From positions 91,884,001 through 91,948,000 of the forward strand of contig CM052819.1 in assembly GCA_028534125.1 (NCBI GenBank): 64,000 bases of DNA, in the 5' to 3' direction. Both the position numbers and the translations under genes were made by a program. The notes beneath the pieces were generated by a model. It worked only from the letters and a program-made list of their open reading frames with translations. It was not told the origin of the DNA and ran no database searches. Source of the DNA: Lama glama (lineage: Eukaryota). Of this stretch, positions 12,291-26,729 are shown piece by piece; the first letter of the stretch is position 1; each line of letters opens with the position of its first letter.

Positions 12291-14149
12291 CTGTTCATGA
12301 TTAAAAATAAAAGCCAGAAATAAGCCAGTGGTTATGGTGGTTTCTGATCAATTGATAAGTTGACCAAGAAAAGGATGACTATATAAACAATGTATAAGAT
12401 TTGATTGAAACTGGTCAAAAATTTAGTTGAAACAACTAGAGTAAAATGTCTTCCCATTGCTTCACTTAGTAAAGCAGTTTATTGACTATCAATCAGAAAT
12501 TTACTTTCAATAAAAAAGTTGATCAAAATATTTTAAATGTTTTACTCTTCCAAAGAGTATTGAAATACCAATTATTGGCTAACATATATTATTACCTGAA
12601 CTTAAATAATATATACAATAACTGAATATCATCAACCACACAAGAGTTTTTAAAGAATAGTATACAATGAGCATAGATAAACATTGAAAGTCAAAATCAT
12701 ACTATGTAGACTAATCGCAGAATATGTGTATTTCTAGGAATAAAATGAGAATACTGATGGGGAATGAAATTATAAACATTGTTTTCCTGTTAAGATAATT
12801 TAATCACTTAAATGATGTTTAGAAGAGCCAAAGGAATGAAGCATTCAGCTAATATAAGGTAGACATAAGATGCAACTCTTCCTCCAAGAATACAGAATTC
12901 TACAACAGCAAAATATGGATCCAAGGAGTTGCCATAATAAATTTCTAAGTATTGAAGGACCCACAAAAAAAGTAAAAAAGAAGACGAAAAATAAACTGAT
13001 TAGGAAGACTCTCTAAAACCTAAGTCATGTGATATAGATGCCATTCGATATAGATAAGGAATTCTCATCAAGGAACAGATTTAGTGGCATTTTAAAGATG
13101 TTTAACCTCTTAAAATAATGAGCTAAATTTTGTTGTTGCATGGGAGATTTAAACATCTTTATATCATTCGTAGTGTATAGAAGGAATATTAGTGTTGTCT
13201 TATTCTGTAGAATACCAAGAAAAGTAGGAATTTCAAAACATAAAAAAAACCCTAAATTCTCTGTGGCAGTGATGACCAGATGACTAGCAGTCTTCGTATT
13301 TAAGGACCAATATGAAAATCTCTGTACTCAAAGAGCTTTGCAGTCTCATACAGGAAACTGAACTTGTACACCAAAAAGTACAACAAAGAAATATAGACAT
13401 TTCATAAGAGGTCTTCGGGCAAAGAACTATAAGAATTCAAGTGAAATTCATGTTCAAGTGCAGAACGTGAACATTTGGTTGAGCATTTCTATACAAACAC
13501 AGACTTTGTTACTCAGATTTTTGGTGGAATGTCCTTATCATTGGAGATTTCCTCCATTAAAATAGTATCATCAAATGCCCAGGATATTTCTCAGAATTCT
13601 CAGGCAGCTCAGTTCTCTTCTGATGAATGATTAATCTCACCTGGGTTTTATCACTTGTAGCTGTTTTCATTAGCTCCTTTCTGTTGAAGAATTCACACAT
13701 ATTCTCAAATGCACATACCCTCGAGGTGGGAAAGTTAGACTCCCAAAGTTGAGTAGCTACTTGAGATAAAAATAAATGAATTATTGGTGTTTTTAATTAT
13801 TTTGAGTATTTAAAAAGCATTGACAAAATGTGTATAACCATCAAAATGTTGACTGTGTTTATGTGTTTTAACATAAGTGGAAATAACACTCAAGAAACAC
13901 CCAATGACCCCTCTATGTTTTATGGACATAAAATGATACCAACATTTAAGTCAACTAAACACTTTAATTTGTCTCAATTCTGCTTTTAGAGACTTTTCAA
14001 ATGACAAAGACCAGACCAAACACTGAACTCTGTTTCTAGCCTTTGACACTCCTGATATATGAGTCATGCCCTGACAAGAAAAAGAAATCTACTCCTGTTC
14101 AATTTAAGAGAATGTGAACAGGATCCAGGGGAGCAGCTGGGCAGTTGTT

Positions 14150-14520
14150 ACAGTCAATCACCCTTAGATATAAAGGAGTAAGTGGAGGAGACAATGTCAA
14201 CAGAGCCTGGTGGGGGTTGGAATTATGAAGAAGGGTCACCAGGTTAGACCTGCAGATGTAGAAAGAAGAAGCTATTCCAGAACCTTAGCTGTCAAACAGA
14301 AGGGAAAATGGAAGAAATGCCCTGACTTACTTCTCCTCCTGTCCTCTGATTCCTTGCAAGTATCTTCTTTTAGTGGGACTAGCTGCAAGCCAGAGGCCAA
14401 GGGAGCCTGCTGTTGTACTCTGCAAGGGTCAGAATCCTACAGCACAGAGCCAAGATGAAGAACATGAAGAGAATGGAGGTGGGATGGGGAGGGGAGGGAC
14501 AGATGCAGAATAACCAGCTT
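14150..14520 (-). mobile_element. ERVL LTR (LTR33-like)
   Basis: agccagaggccaagggagcc...gggtcag...gcacagagc...agaataaccagc motif. Confidence 0.6.
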
Positions 14521-15456
14521 CCCGTTCCACAAAAATCCCAACTTACATAATATGTTTACGTACAGTAAATGTTATTCAAGGTTGTCCTCTCATTCCAGAG
14601 ACTGCATCTCTCTTCCATTCCATTCCTACAACTCACTTTCACTCTTTTTTATTGTGCAAAATATTTTGTTTTCTACCTACTGTTTGCTCTTGATCTCCCT
14701 GCCTTTGCTCACTAGCCCAGACTTGTTCATACGTTCTGCTGCGGATCATCCACTCCAGGTCTACTCTTCGGCAATAAACAATCAGCAGTGACTTGGGACT
14801 TTGTAACACTTGCTTCTGTTCTACTTTCTTGCTTTTCCTAATTTTCTGTGGTGAAAGGGAATAGCCGTATAGGTATTTTTTTCCCACTGAGATGGATGAT
14901 GCCATCCCCTACACCTACCCCACCACATGCACAGGTGCAGAAGTTCATATCAATTTTACTTCAAGTAGCATTTCTCTACGCTTGTTCCTTTCATTCTCAT
15001 TGGTACTGGAAATTAACCAAACTTGAAAGATGAGCTTCTCAGACAGAGAGATGATAAAAACAGAGACAGTTCTGTAAAATAATATAAAAATCTACCAGTA
15101 TATGGGCTATAATTTTGTACTATTAATTTAAGAATATCAATATTTTAATAAAAAGCATATACTTATTGTATATAATTGCTAATCTGCTGAATGAACAAAG
15201 AGTGGTCTCCCTTCCTGATAAGGTTGTTAGGAGTCAAATAAAGAGACTTTATTCCAGCTTAGTGAGGATCAGAGAAAAGCAAACAATATGATGAGAGTTT
15301 TTTTTTCAGCCAAAAAGCACCTTACTTAGGGAGTGAAGACAGTAAAAAGCAGGGATAGGTTAACTAACAATTTGATGATTCACACAAAGTGGTAAAGAAA
15401 GAGCTAAGGAACAGTCAGTTTGAAATACTCTCTGGTGTCATATCACTGTTTCCTTC

Positions 15457-15940
15457 TGTGTTAGTTTGGCTAATGTGAACTTCTAGGAAGAAAAAAAAAG
15501 CAGACTGATAATTCTCAAACACAATAGAGGTTTATTTCTCACTCACTAGTATAAATTAGATTTTCTGGGTTCATGGGTGAATTACCACCATGATCCAGGA
15601 AACTGCTTTTTTTTTTGTTTGTTTTTCCTTCATGTAGTTTTCCATTCCTTTTGGTCTTTTGAAATCTACAGCTTGCTAGTGAAGAATGAGGAAAGTTTTG
15701 CAGTGGCAATTCTAATAGTGTCAGTGATTAAACATTCTCCCTTCCATCACTGGGTGGAGCTCAACCACCACTCTGCCGCCAGTACCCATGAGGGGGCCTG
15801 TCCATTCCTAAAACACTGTCAGGTGACAATAGCACATAGGATGTTGATTCACATTCCATTGTGCATGTGCACTTGGTCACAAGGCCAAACCTAACTGCAA
15901 AGGAGACTGGGAAATACAAGCTAGCTATACTCAAGAAAAA
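15457..15940 (-). mobile_element. Old MaLR LTR (MLT1J/K-like)
   Basis: acacaatagaggtttatttctcactca ... ggtcacaaggccaaacctaactgcaaaggagactgggaaa. Confidence 0.7.
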
Positions 15941-16529
15941 GAAAAAATATTTTTTTCCCTCTAAATACTAGCAATTTCTATTATGTGGGGATTATAAGAA
16001 TGAATATTTAAATATGTAACTTTCTAAACATGTATTTACCATTTTTGTTTCTCCGGTTTCAGTTTGCTCTGGAGTTAAATCATAAGATAAAAAAGTAAGC
16101 TGATTATTTTTACTTGTGATGATTTTAAATGTAGAAGTTTAATCAGGGTAGATTAAATTCAAGTAACTTGTCTTGCCTATAAATTTGGGTAATCCCACAG
16201 AGACAAAATTTTCTTCTTTGTTTTATTTTCAGACACACTTATCTATTTATATGTAATAGTGTTAAGAGCTACAATTATACAAAGGAAAAAAAGTAAATGT
16301 CTTTCTGCCTCTTAGAAAACTTGTTTTTATATGCTTACTGCTTCTGAAAACTTGAGCATCATTTTAACAGTCCCTCTTTGGAAAGCCATTTAAAGCCAAT
16401 AAACTATTAATTGAAGTCTGGTTATTTCTACTAACCTCAGACACAGGGCTACACGTTGATAATATATTGGTAAGAAGCACATTTTTTTCTTTGCCCCACA
16501 CAATGTTTATATTCTAGTATGATAAAACA

Positions 16530-16700
16530 GTGACTATCAATTGAGTACTTCCTACATTTTCACTTAATCCTCAAAAATAGAATAGGTACTATTACCTCAT
16601 TTACAGAAACGAGGTCATTTAGATTCGAAGAGAAGTAACTTTCCAGTATCTCATGAGTTAAGAAAATAAAGATGGAACATAAACTCTAAAGTGAGAGCTG
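16530..16700 (-). mobile_element. MIR SINE fragment
   Basis: tattacctcatttacaga...agaagtaactttcc, decayed MIR core. Confidence 0.55.
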
Positions 16701-17984
16701 GTACCCCTCGAATCTCTTTATATCACATACAGCATGTGATAATTTTCATATGTAACTAACCACTGTGTTAAAAAATGATCTGTTCATGCAGTTTCCGTAG
16801 GAAGTAAGTGTACTTTAAGATTTAGTTTTGCATGTTCAATTTTCAATTATATCCTATATTAATTTTCAAATAAATTGTATTTTATGTCATGCATCTCACC
16901 TCCATATTCTAATAAAACTGTCTCTTTTCCTTGGAGGTAGCTTTTAAAATTTCTTTTTTGTTCAAAGTGGATACATTATTTACTGGCATTTTTTAAAACA
17001 ATGAATAAACAGTGCCATCTTCTGTTGATGTTTTATTCAACAATTGGAAAGAAAGAATTGAAAGATTGGTTTAATACAGATCAGCAAAAAAAGAAGCAAA
17101 TAATCTGAAGATTTTACAATCTTGGCATAATGTCCTACATCTTTGAACACTTCCAAAGAGGCTAATTATTCGAGAGGCCTCTTGGGGTAAAGACATGTTT
17201 AAAACAGTTCTGTGTGATTAATTATTCCACAGCTTTTGAATATCCATTCAAACAATGGAGGGAAGGGGAAGGATACAGAGTGAGACAAGTGACAGTGAGA
17301 GAATCACGCGGCAAATGTTTGTAGCAATTTCACGTCAGTGCTGTCCTACAAATAAAGGTAAGTAATTTTCTGTTTTTTTTAATACCGTTAGTTAACTTCC
17401 ACATTTATCCATATCTTTGCAGATATATGTTTGATTGTGGAAAATTCTCCAATGAATTATTCATCAGAAGAAATGGTAGAAAATAGGGATTTAAAAAAAA
17501 ATAACCTTTTAAGGTTCAGTGTGACCAAATACGTTTTATCTTCATGTGGTTCATAGATGTCAAATTTAAGGCAAGAGATGTAACATATCTTAAGTAACAA
17601 TTAGTTTTTGATTTATTACTTGGCTAAGAAAACATATTTTTAAACACCTTGATATTTGTAAAAATGTATTTTCAAGTCCAACTTAATTTTCATCCATTAC
17701 TCCCTTCTCAAAGGAGAAAAATAAACAAAATATTAAAAGAATTCTGTCTCTCTAACTGTTGCCAGTTTGTGACCCAGGGCCATGCCTTGAACACATCTGC
17801 AGCTTTAGAAAATAACATTGATATCAACTTGACAGATGGAGTGATCTCTGATGGAAAAAAACTAATTGCACAGTCAGGAAGTTATGAATACCTATCCCAA
17901 TAATGCTACCGTCAATGGCATGGAAGTAATGGATGCAAGTGAGGAAGAATCTCTGTGCTTTTAGATAAACTAATTATGATATTA

Positions 17985-18095
17985 ATTACAATTGCAACCT
18001 TAATTCTCCCTTGGGGTACTCCACGACATATTCAAAAGTTCCAGGGATTAGGACGTGGATGCTATTGCAAGGGGCTCTATTTTTCTGCCTACCAC
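17985..18095 (-). mobile_element. MLT1 LTR fragment
   Basis: gttccagggattaggacgtggat...ttctgcctaccaca terminus. Confidence 0.6.
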
Positions 18096-18330
18096 AGGCA
18101 AGTTATAACGCCATCAATGAAGGGTAGCAGAAAAGAGAGCCAAGATTTCAAATGTACTGATTCTAAGGCCTTGGCTCCATATCTAGATAGAAATATTTAG
18201 GAAGCAATAAGAAATTTAGATAAATTCATTGTTAGAGTTTTCTCCAAACTCTTCCCCATGTATAAGTATTGCTGCAATGACATAAATGCCCAGCTTTTAA
18301 GGACCGGCCTTCTTTACTCTCTGGTCTATG

Positions 18331-19193
18331 TGCATTAGATTTTTATCATTGCATAAAAATTTACCATAAAATTAGCACCTTAGAACAATAGCTATTTATT
18401 TATTTATTTATTTAGGGAAATTTTTTAAACACTTTTTTATTGAGTTATAGTCATTTTACAATGTTGTATCAAATTCCAATGTAGAGCACAATTTTTCAGT
18501 TATACATGAACATACATATATTCATTGTCAGTTTTTTTTCGCTGTGAGCTACCACAAGATCTTTTATATATTCCCCTGTGCTATACAGTATAATCTTGTT
18601 TATCTATTCTGCATATGCCTGTCAGTATCTACAAATTTTAATAGCCATTTATTAGTTTATGGCAGGTCAGAAGTCTAGCACTGTGAGGATTTGCTTTCTG
18701 CTCAAGATGTCATGAGATTGAAATCAAAGAGTCAGCTAAACTGAGTTCTCATTTATAGGCTACATGGAAAAAAAAAAAAAGGACATTCCAAAGTCACTCC
18801 TGTTAGCAGAGTACAGTCCCTTGCCAGTTATAGGACTGTGTTGTCCATATTCATGCTTGCTGCAAACTGCATGCTACCCTCAGCTCCTAGCCGTGTGGTC
18901 ACCTTCATCTTCAAACCAGCAGCAACATGTTGAATCCTTCTCTTCTTTGCTTTCAGTCTGTGACTTCTCTTCTGCAGCCAGCGGCAGAAAATGCTACGAT
19001 TTTAAAGGGCTATATGCTTAAGTCAGATTCACCTGGATAATCTTCTCTTATGGTTAACGTCGCCCTACGATATAGGTTAATATAGAATAATCATGCAAGT
19101 ACATTTCATCATAGTGAGTTTAAAGGATTATACAGATGTCTACATCAGAAGAGTGGACATCTTAGAGACCATCTTAGAATTCTGCCTACCTCA
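18331..19193 (-). mobile_element. MaLR LTR (MLT1E/F-like) hosting an L1
   Basis: tgcattag...ttaccataaaattagcaccttagaacaa ... ggtcagaagtctagc ... ccatcttagaattctgcctacctca. Confidence 0.75.
18401..18639 (-). mobile_element. 5'-truncated camelid-type L1 3' end
   Basis: ttcccctgtgctatacagtataatcttgtttatctattct; 14-bp TSD aatagc(t/c)atttatt at 18387-18400 and 18640-18653. Confidence 0.9.
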
Positions 19194-22100
19194 CTAATCA
19201 TTATTATTACTTCTGTCATCTTGTCCTATAGCTCTCTCTAAACTTTGCACCTGAAATCTTGATTTTCATCCCCACTTCGATCCATGACTTTTTCTCATAA
19301 GACAATATCAGTATCTTCCTTCCAACTCTATCAGCCACATCTGTGAGCAAGAAGTTCTCTTGCCTTCTGCTGTGTCCCCCCATAGCACAGAGTGCTTGGC
19401 CAACCCTCACCCTCTCTTCCCGGGCACAGAAAGATTGCACATTACAGTTAGAGTCTTGGGTTGTAGCCCCAAGTTTGGTGTTGTTGGTACGGTGTTGTTG
19501 GAACCTATAATTAAAAAAAAAAAAAGAATGAAAGAGAGCTGAGATTCTCTTTGGACCACGTTAGAGAGAAAATGGAGAAAAAGTGGAAGGAGAGATGGTA
19601 GGTTTAGAAGCAGAAGGATGAGGAAAAGGCAGGGGGAGAGAGGTAAAGGGAGGTAAGAGAGGCAGATACAACAATGTACCATCATAAAAAAGGATTTTAA
19701 AAATTAAAATTGCTTAGAGAGTCTGCTACTCTGAAACAAAAAAGTAAAATAAAAAAATCTGAACGCACATCTGCTAGTGCGGTAATGCACTGACACTCAT
19801 TCGAGAGCATATGGTCATGTTCTCAGAGTTAGGCTGCTTGGAGTGGGTAACTCAAGGAGGCATTTTTCTAAAGGTGGCAGGGTGGGTGGGGCAGGGCAGA
19901 GGTGTTTGTTCTGAAAATGATGATAACTATCTGCACAAGTTATTTCGAGTTTTATGGAAAAGCAAGTCACACAGAGACAAAATATGAAGATGGAAGTGAG
20001 TAAACGAGTGACAGAGGGTGGAAAAAAATGAATGAACAAAGCGCCAGCTCTCTCTCCCTCATGACAGTAACTTGCTAAGATGTGAGGGTTTTATTTTCTC
20101 CTTCGGAATCCGGACACCGTTTCCTTCCTTGATGAGAGGGCTTGTCAGAGTCAGGCTGGATAACAGTTTTAATTAGACAAAAAGGAAAAAACAAAATCAC
20201 AAATGCTGTGGAGAACACAGTTGCCGTCAGGTGTTCATGAATGGGAGACTTCCAGTTGTTCTCAATACGTGCACATGTAATAGAATCACTCCAAACCAGG
20301 ACAGAGGCTACGTACCCAAATGCCTTGACTGTGCTAGGTGAAGAAAAATGCAAATGATGGAAATAATAACAGATAATTTTTAAAACGTTACTGAATTAGA
20401 CTTTCATTTTGTTAATTTGAATATTTAATTGTCTAAGTGACAGGAAGCTGACGGTAGATTCATAGCCATCCACTTAGCTTTATTTGTGAAAAGAATACGG
20501 TTATTTTACTCTGCAATTCTTGAACTGGAGAAGGGCAGGGGCAAGTAATGAGAAAATGGGGAGAACACAGGACTTCGATGTCCGGTTGAAACAAAAGCAA
20601 AGCTTGTCTCCTGATAGCACCACGTTTTTGTGTCTCAGGTGCGCAGTGCCGTGGCGTGGGTTATTTAATGAAATCGGGGAAGGAAGAGGGGCCTGGGTGA
20701 CTCCAAACTGAGGAAGCAGATAAGAGGCCATGATGAGAAGGAGAGATTTGATGATATGGGTCATAAACATGTTCATTACTGATCTCCCAGTTAGGAGAAA
20801 TGTGCCTCACTTTCCAGAGGGACTGAGTAAAGTGAAAGGCCAGCTCTTCAGAACAAGGAGGGTGTTATGACTCAGGCAGAAACCTCAGAAGGGCTGCCGT
20901 GAGACCCGCCTGGGACTGATGGACAGGGATCCTCATCAGAGAAGGTCTGCAAAGCCCAGCATCAATTGCCCACGGTAGCCTGAAAGACAATTTATAACAT
21001 CTCTGAAAAGGAAATTTCCAGAACCCTGGAAGAAGAAAGTTCCCTTGTTTTAATAGTTTTTAATTAACTGCACGTATCCATGAGTCCTTTCCGAGTGGAG
21101 CCGAAAAGGGTTGTTTGAGCAGAGATGGTATTTGGTTTGCAACCTCCTTGAGAGACTGCATTGCTCTCCTATTAGAATTATTTTTCTGGAATGAAAGATC
21201 ATTTTTTTTGAAAAATCCCTGTGGGTATTTTTCCTCACTCACCAAGAAATGTCATTTGTTAGAGCTACAGGAACTTATTTTGTAGTGTTTATGTGCAGTC
21301 ATGTATGTTAAAAAAATAGACATTAGTTGCTCTGTGAAGTGTGACTTGACCAAGCTTCGGGGTCTCATCTTTACATTTGCAACAACATTCTGAGCAGAGG
21401 AAAGAGATGAACGAAGTAAAACCAGTTATCTTGCCTCGTTACATATTACTCTGTAGCCCCTAAACCTGATTAACTTGCTGTCAACTGTATTGGTAGAAAG
21501 AAATGTTTCAAAAAGAGAAATCATGTAGACACTGATGGATGGAATAAAGAATACATGATCATATTGTTTCCAGTAAAGAAAACTTGTGGCTTTGGATAGT
21601 ACAGATATAAAAATTTTCTTTTACCTTTATTTCTCGCCAAGCACTACCCCATCAACCAGAAAGCAGAGCTTCTGCAGCAAGCTCTGGTGGCATACTGCCC
21701 TTCGAATAGTCCTCCTGTGGTACGTGAGTTGCATATTTTAAAATTACAAACCAGGCTTGCTTAGGAAATTGCCTTTACATATGATGAAAACCTATGAAAG
21801 CAAATTGAAAAAAAAATTTGTTTTTCTCATCTTCTGAGGAAAATTAGCAGAACATTTAAAGCCTTTATTTGTGAATCTCATCACACCATTCTGATTGAGC
21901 ACGTCTGTGAAGCTAAAATCATGGCCTCATGGGTAAAATCTTATGTTACCAATGAAAGAAAATTACAATTCTTTATTTATGAACTGATCCATTCTCACAT
22001 GAACCCTACTGAGTATAGCACGAGTTTTTAAATTTATACATTTATAACACTTGCTTTATTCTTGATTTGAACATTTTCTACAGATTGCAAAAATTCATAG

Positions 22101-22519
22101 CTTTCAAATCTTTAATAATGAAAGTGTTTTGAAATGCTGGCATTAGGTGTAGACAAACTTTTTGCCAGTGTGGGAAGTGCTGATGTTTCTATAAAGTAAA
22201 ATTAAAACATATGCACTTATAAAGTTTTTTAAGGAAAGAAGTACGCATTCTGACATTTATATCATCAAAAGTCACTTGCAATAAATTAGTCATCAGGTAT
22301 TAGAGTAAGAAAAATAAAGTAGTTTTGCTTCAAACTGAGAAATAAAAAATAATTTAACAAGCATATTAAAAATTAAAAGCCACAATCATAAAAAATAAAT
22401 GGCTCTGACTTCACATTTCCAAAACTAAACATGCAGTGAGGTCTACCTTGACGTTTTTAAGCTACTAAAATCAGGAACAAATATTTACTGGGCACCCTGC
22501 TAGGCATCTGAGAATCTAA

Positions 22520-22900
22520 GTCCTCTTAGAAGCAGAAGTCAATATGAGACCAATTGTGTAAAGGTTCTATTAGGAAAATAACTGCGAAAGAAAATAGAGA
22601 CTCAAGGAAAGCTGGGGGAAGCATCAGACCCCAAGGCAAGTCTGGTTCCAAGTGGAGAAGAGAGGAAGAGACAGTCTGACATGCAGTCTAATGAATGTTT
22701 GACAAACAGGTCAAAGATTTTTTGAGTCAAGATCAGCTGACAGTGGAATCCCATGTTTCTCAGGAAAGGGTCTGCCTTTGTTTCCTTGCTTCACTCAGTT
22801 ATAAACAAGGACCACCTTGTGGAAAGAAATTCCTTGGCACACTTGCAGGAATGAATTTCAGAGCAAAGCAGCTGGGGCTCTGTGTCAGTTTTGCTTCTGT
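22520..22900 (-). mobile_element. ERVL LTR (LTR16A-like)
   Basis: agaagcaga...gcagtcta...ggaatcccatgtttctcaggaaagggtctgcctt...cactcagt. Confidence 0.6.
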
Positions 22901-23759
22901 AGCAGGAGCTCTGAGAAACTCCTTCTCATTGGCCATCAGGAGAATATTCCAGGCGTGACACAGCAAAACAAACGAGTCAGCAACAGAATACGTTGCCTCT
23001 CTGCAGGAGCCTAGAATTGACTTTGAAGCCTGCTCTGATATTTCCCACTAAAAAATAAATAAATAAATACAAATCTTTCTTGAGCTTTTATTCCTACCCT
23101 ATTCCCATCCGATTTCTCTGCTCACCTTCCAAAATATACATCATACTTCAGTCTTTCAATGCCAGGAATTCCATCTTTCTTCTTGGGACTGTCAGTGAGA
23201 GCAGAGCATCTCCCAACTTCCATTATTCCCCGTTAATTCATATTTTTGGTGGTAGACACGATGCTACATAGCACAGGCGTTTGGATGGGAAGAGGCTGTG
23301 AAGGAGAGTTGGGGAACATGACAGAAGCACGTGTCCTCATGCTGCTGAATATCCAGCAGATCAGTGAGAGGAGTGGACAAAAGTTGGAAAGCATTAGAGT
23401 AGACAAGGAGTGACAGAATGGAAAAAAGTACTTAGTATCAAGAAAAAGTCATAAGTAGACATTGAAACATCTGGGCTCTAATCCACCTTGGCTATTTACT
23501 AGCTGTGTGATTGTGATCAAAAGCTAAACTAGTTAATACTTGTGTTAAATAGTTCAGAAAGTAATTGCGACCTAGAATGAACAAATATTTGTAAAATAAC
23601 AGGAAACTACAAGTGCTATGCAAATTAAACAAATGTATTATATAGTATCTTACAATAATAAGTATTTACACATATTATTATTAACTACAAATTTATATTC
23701 CCACAAATGGTACAACTTAATTATTTGGTAAACAATGTAAATGTTTTGGGTAAACTCAT

Positions 23760-24160
23760 TCACTCATATTTATTACAGAAGTGCAACTCTAACTTGAAAT
23801 TGTTAGTTCATGTAAAAAGAGGTTTGTTTCAGGTATAGATAGATGCAGGATTAAAGTAACATTGTCACGACTCTGCCTCCTTTTCTCAGTTCATCTTATT
23901 ATGATCTGTGCTGCTTTTTTCATATTGGACTTTCTATTCCTGTTGCAGATAAACTTTCTGCACAACCAAGAAGGATGACTCCTGGAAATTTTACCCTATT
24001 TGTTTATAGCTAATGATGCAAAATGAAGACAGTATCCCCATCATTCCCAGCAGGAAAGTTCACAGGATGATTTTTATTGGTCTACCTGGATCCTAGTGCC
24101 CATCTTTGCATCAGTGACTCTTCCCACAGGGAGGCAGTGTTATAATTGGCCTCACCTGGC
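23760..24160 (-). mobile_element. Old MaLR LTR (MLT1K/L-like)
   Basis: ttcaggtatagatagatgcagg ... attggtctacctggatc..gtgcccatc ... attggcc..acctgg. Confidence 0.55.
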
Positions 24161-25366
24161 TTAAATGCTCAACTTGGATGCCTCGCACAACAAAATACAA
24201 AGAATGACCATCTTGCAGGAACACAGATGAGATAAAGTCCAATGAACCAGTGAAAGAAGGCTGAGGAATTGATAGCTTAGTTTCAATTGCTGAAAATGAA
24301 AAAAAAAAAAGCCACTTACGCTATTTATAGTGTTGGAATTAGAAGAGAATTGGAAATTTGGCTTGACAGAGCAAATTCTGACAGTTTCAAACCTGCACAA
24401 GCACTGGGAATCTGGGAGAAAAGTGAAAGGAAAGGAAATTGGGAGGGTGTCGTGGCACAGGAAGGTGCACGTTGATATTGTGTCTCCAATTTTTGTACTA
24501 GTTGATATCTGATGTTTCCCTGAAAATGTCTTTATTAATTAAGGATGCTATAAAATTCATCCGGGTTTTCCCAGCTCAGGCAAGTCCTACATCTCCAGGC
24601 CAGGTGGTATACTTATCAAATTCCTCTCCTATGTGGGAGGAAATAAAGAGGAACAAAGAAAAATCAAGAAGAAATACAGTTGTACTCATGTTGAACCCCG
24701 TATTCTATCACTATCCTGTGTCCTCTCTATTTTTCCAAAAATTTTCTAAATCTGATATAATTGAAAGAGCATGGATGTTTTCAATGCTTAGTTTTCGTGA
24801 AACATATAAATAAGCCAATAAAAATGAGTACCCAACTGCTTAAAAAATAGACCACTTTGAGTACTTTCTGAAGCGTGATGGCAGGTAGAACTTCTTCTTT
24901 TTGACAAATTCTTATACTTTGTCCCTTCTTTTCCTTACATAGTCCAGTGTTCATTTCTATAGTGATGAATATATTATATTCCTCAAAGCAGTTTTAACTC
25001 TAATCAAAGAAGTGGGAGTGTTCCAAGCAAGAAATTACAGTAAATCTTAAGTACATGTTGGTCTTTACAGCATGCTCACTCATCCATTCAGGGGACTAAC
25101 TACTCATTTTGTTGTATTTTCCAAATTTTCCCTCTGAAGGCCACTGAATTACAATGATTTGACACACATTTCCTTTCTAATGTTCTCATTAACTTAGCTG
25201 GAAATGAAATACTTGTAGACCTCAGGATAAAGAGAGTCATGTATTTTAAATGTAAGTAATTATCAAAGTTTGAAATAGAAATACTTCACCTTTTTAACCA
25301 CTTCATTTACTGACTAATTACTAGGGAACTTGAGTAGTGTCAGACCACAGAGAAAAGCAGTATTTG

Positions 25367-25412
25367 TTAAAAGAAAAAAAAAAAAAAAAGAAGAAAGAAA
25401 GAAAGAAAGAAA
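25367..25412. repeat. Poly(A)/(GAAA)n tract
   Basis: Directly visible. Confidence 0.9.
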
Positions 25413-26418
25413 TTTCTTTTCAGCTTTTAAAACTTTTTTTCCTGAGATTTTGAGTTTTTTTCTGGAAAAAGAAGTAATGTTTAATGTTAGGGCAGAATGA
25501 ACCAAAATCTTTATTCAGATTTACTGTCAAAGGCAACTTAATAAAGGGGAAAACACATTAAATGATTTTAATGAGATGTACACTGAGGGAGGGATGGATG
25601 AAGGAACCCATGGGTCAATGAGATAAAGCTTGCTGCTCCAGGGTCCCTTCATCTGTTCCACCTGGGGCTGCTTGCACCCTCTTTCACAATCAAATGGCAG
25701 GTTATTGAGACCCTCTCCCGACCCGTTATCTCTGCATCGTGGGCCCAGCTCTCATTCTTCTCTGCAGAGGGACTGCACATCTCACTCTGCCCTGACTTTC
25801 AAGACAGCACAAAGGACAGATGCTGGAGGCTGTCACATGGAAGTCTGACAGTCCTTAACCCCTACTGATGTGTACTGAGGAAGGTCCCTGGGTTGAATTT
25901 TAAACTTCATTGAGCCACTGACATCAAAGCAAGTTAATCAATCATTATCATGTCTGGTGTAATTAGCATAGTAAGTATACAAAACTCACTTGTCTGTCCT
26001 ATATGTATTAAAAGTTAGGTATAATCCAAATTGTAGATAAAACCAAAATTTGAACTAGCTTACAATTTGGTAATTCCTCAGAAGATATATTTTTATTATA
26101 GTCTTCCGGGGCTAATAGAATAGCCACACAGAATGGTATATTTTGACCTGATTTTTAAGGAGGTAGACTGATTTTGAGCAAATGTGGTGTCAGCTAATGA
26201 GAACAGAACATGCTTTAGCCGTTATTTAGTATTTAATTCATGTTGCTGTATATCCAAATTAAGATAGGTAAAAGACAATGTTAACAATATTCAATAAAAA
26301 GGTTATACTGGAGAATTGCTATTGGATATATAACTGTGCAAAGACAGTATTTATTACAGCCAATTGATACTCTGATTGGTGTTACATAGTTGCAGAATAG
26401 TCTTCACTCAATTTAAGT

Positions 26419-26423
26419 TATAC

Positions 26424-26459
<36 letters not shown>

Positions 26460-26517
26460 CAGTATATATATATAACAGTATGTATATATATATATATATA
26501 TACTGTTATATACAGTA
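26419..26517. repeat. (TA)n microsatellite with embedded inverted TACTGTT/AACAGTA units
   Basis: Directly visible. Confidence 0.9.
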
Positions 26518-26729
26518 AAAAAAATTATTCCAGAAGACAGTTATATCAATATTTGTTACAAATGATACATAAAATGAGAAGCATAAATAAGCTGACTGCA
26601 CACAACTGTACCTTAGAAATCATCATTATCATCCTCACCATTGTCACCAACAGCAGCAGCACATCACAGTCATGATGCCCGAGCTCACCACGTACACTCA
26701 CTGCATACACTAAATACACATGCAGTACA

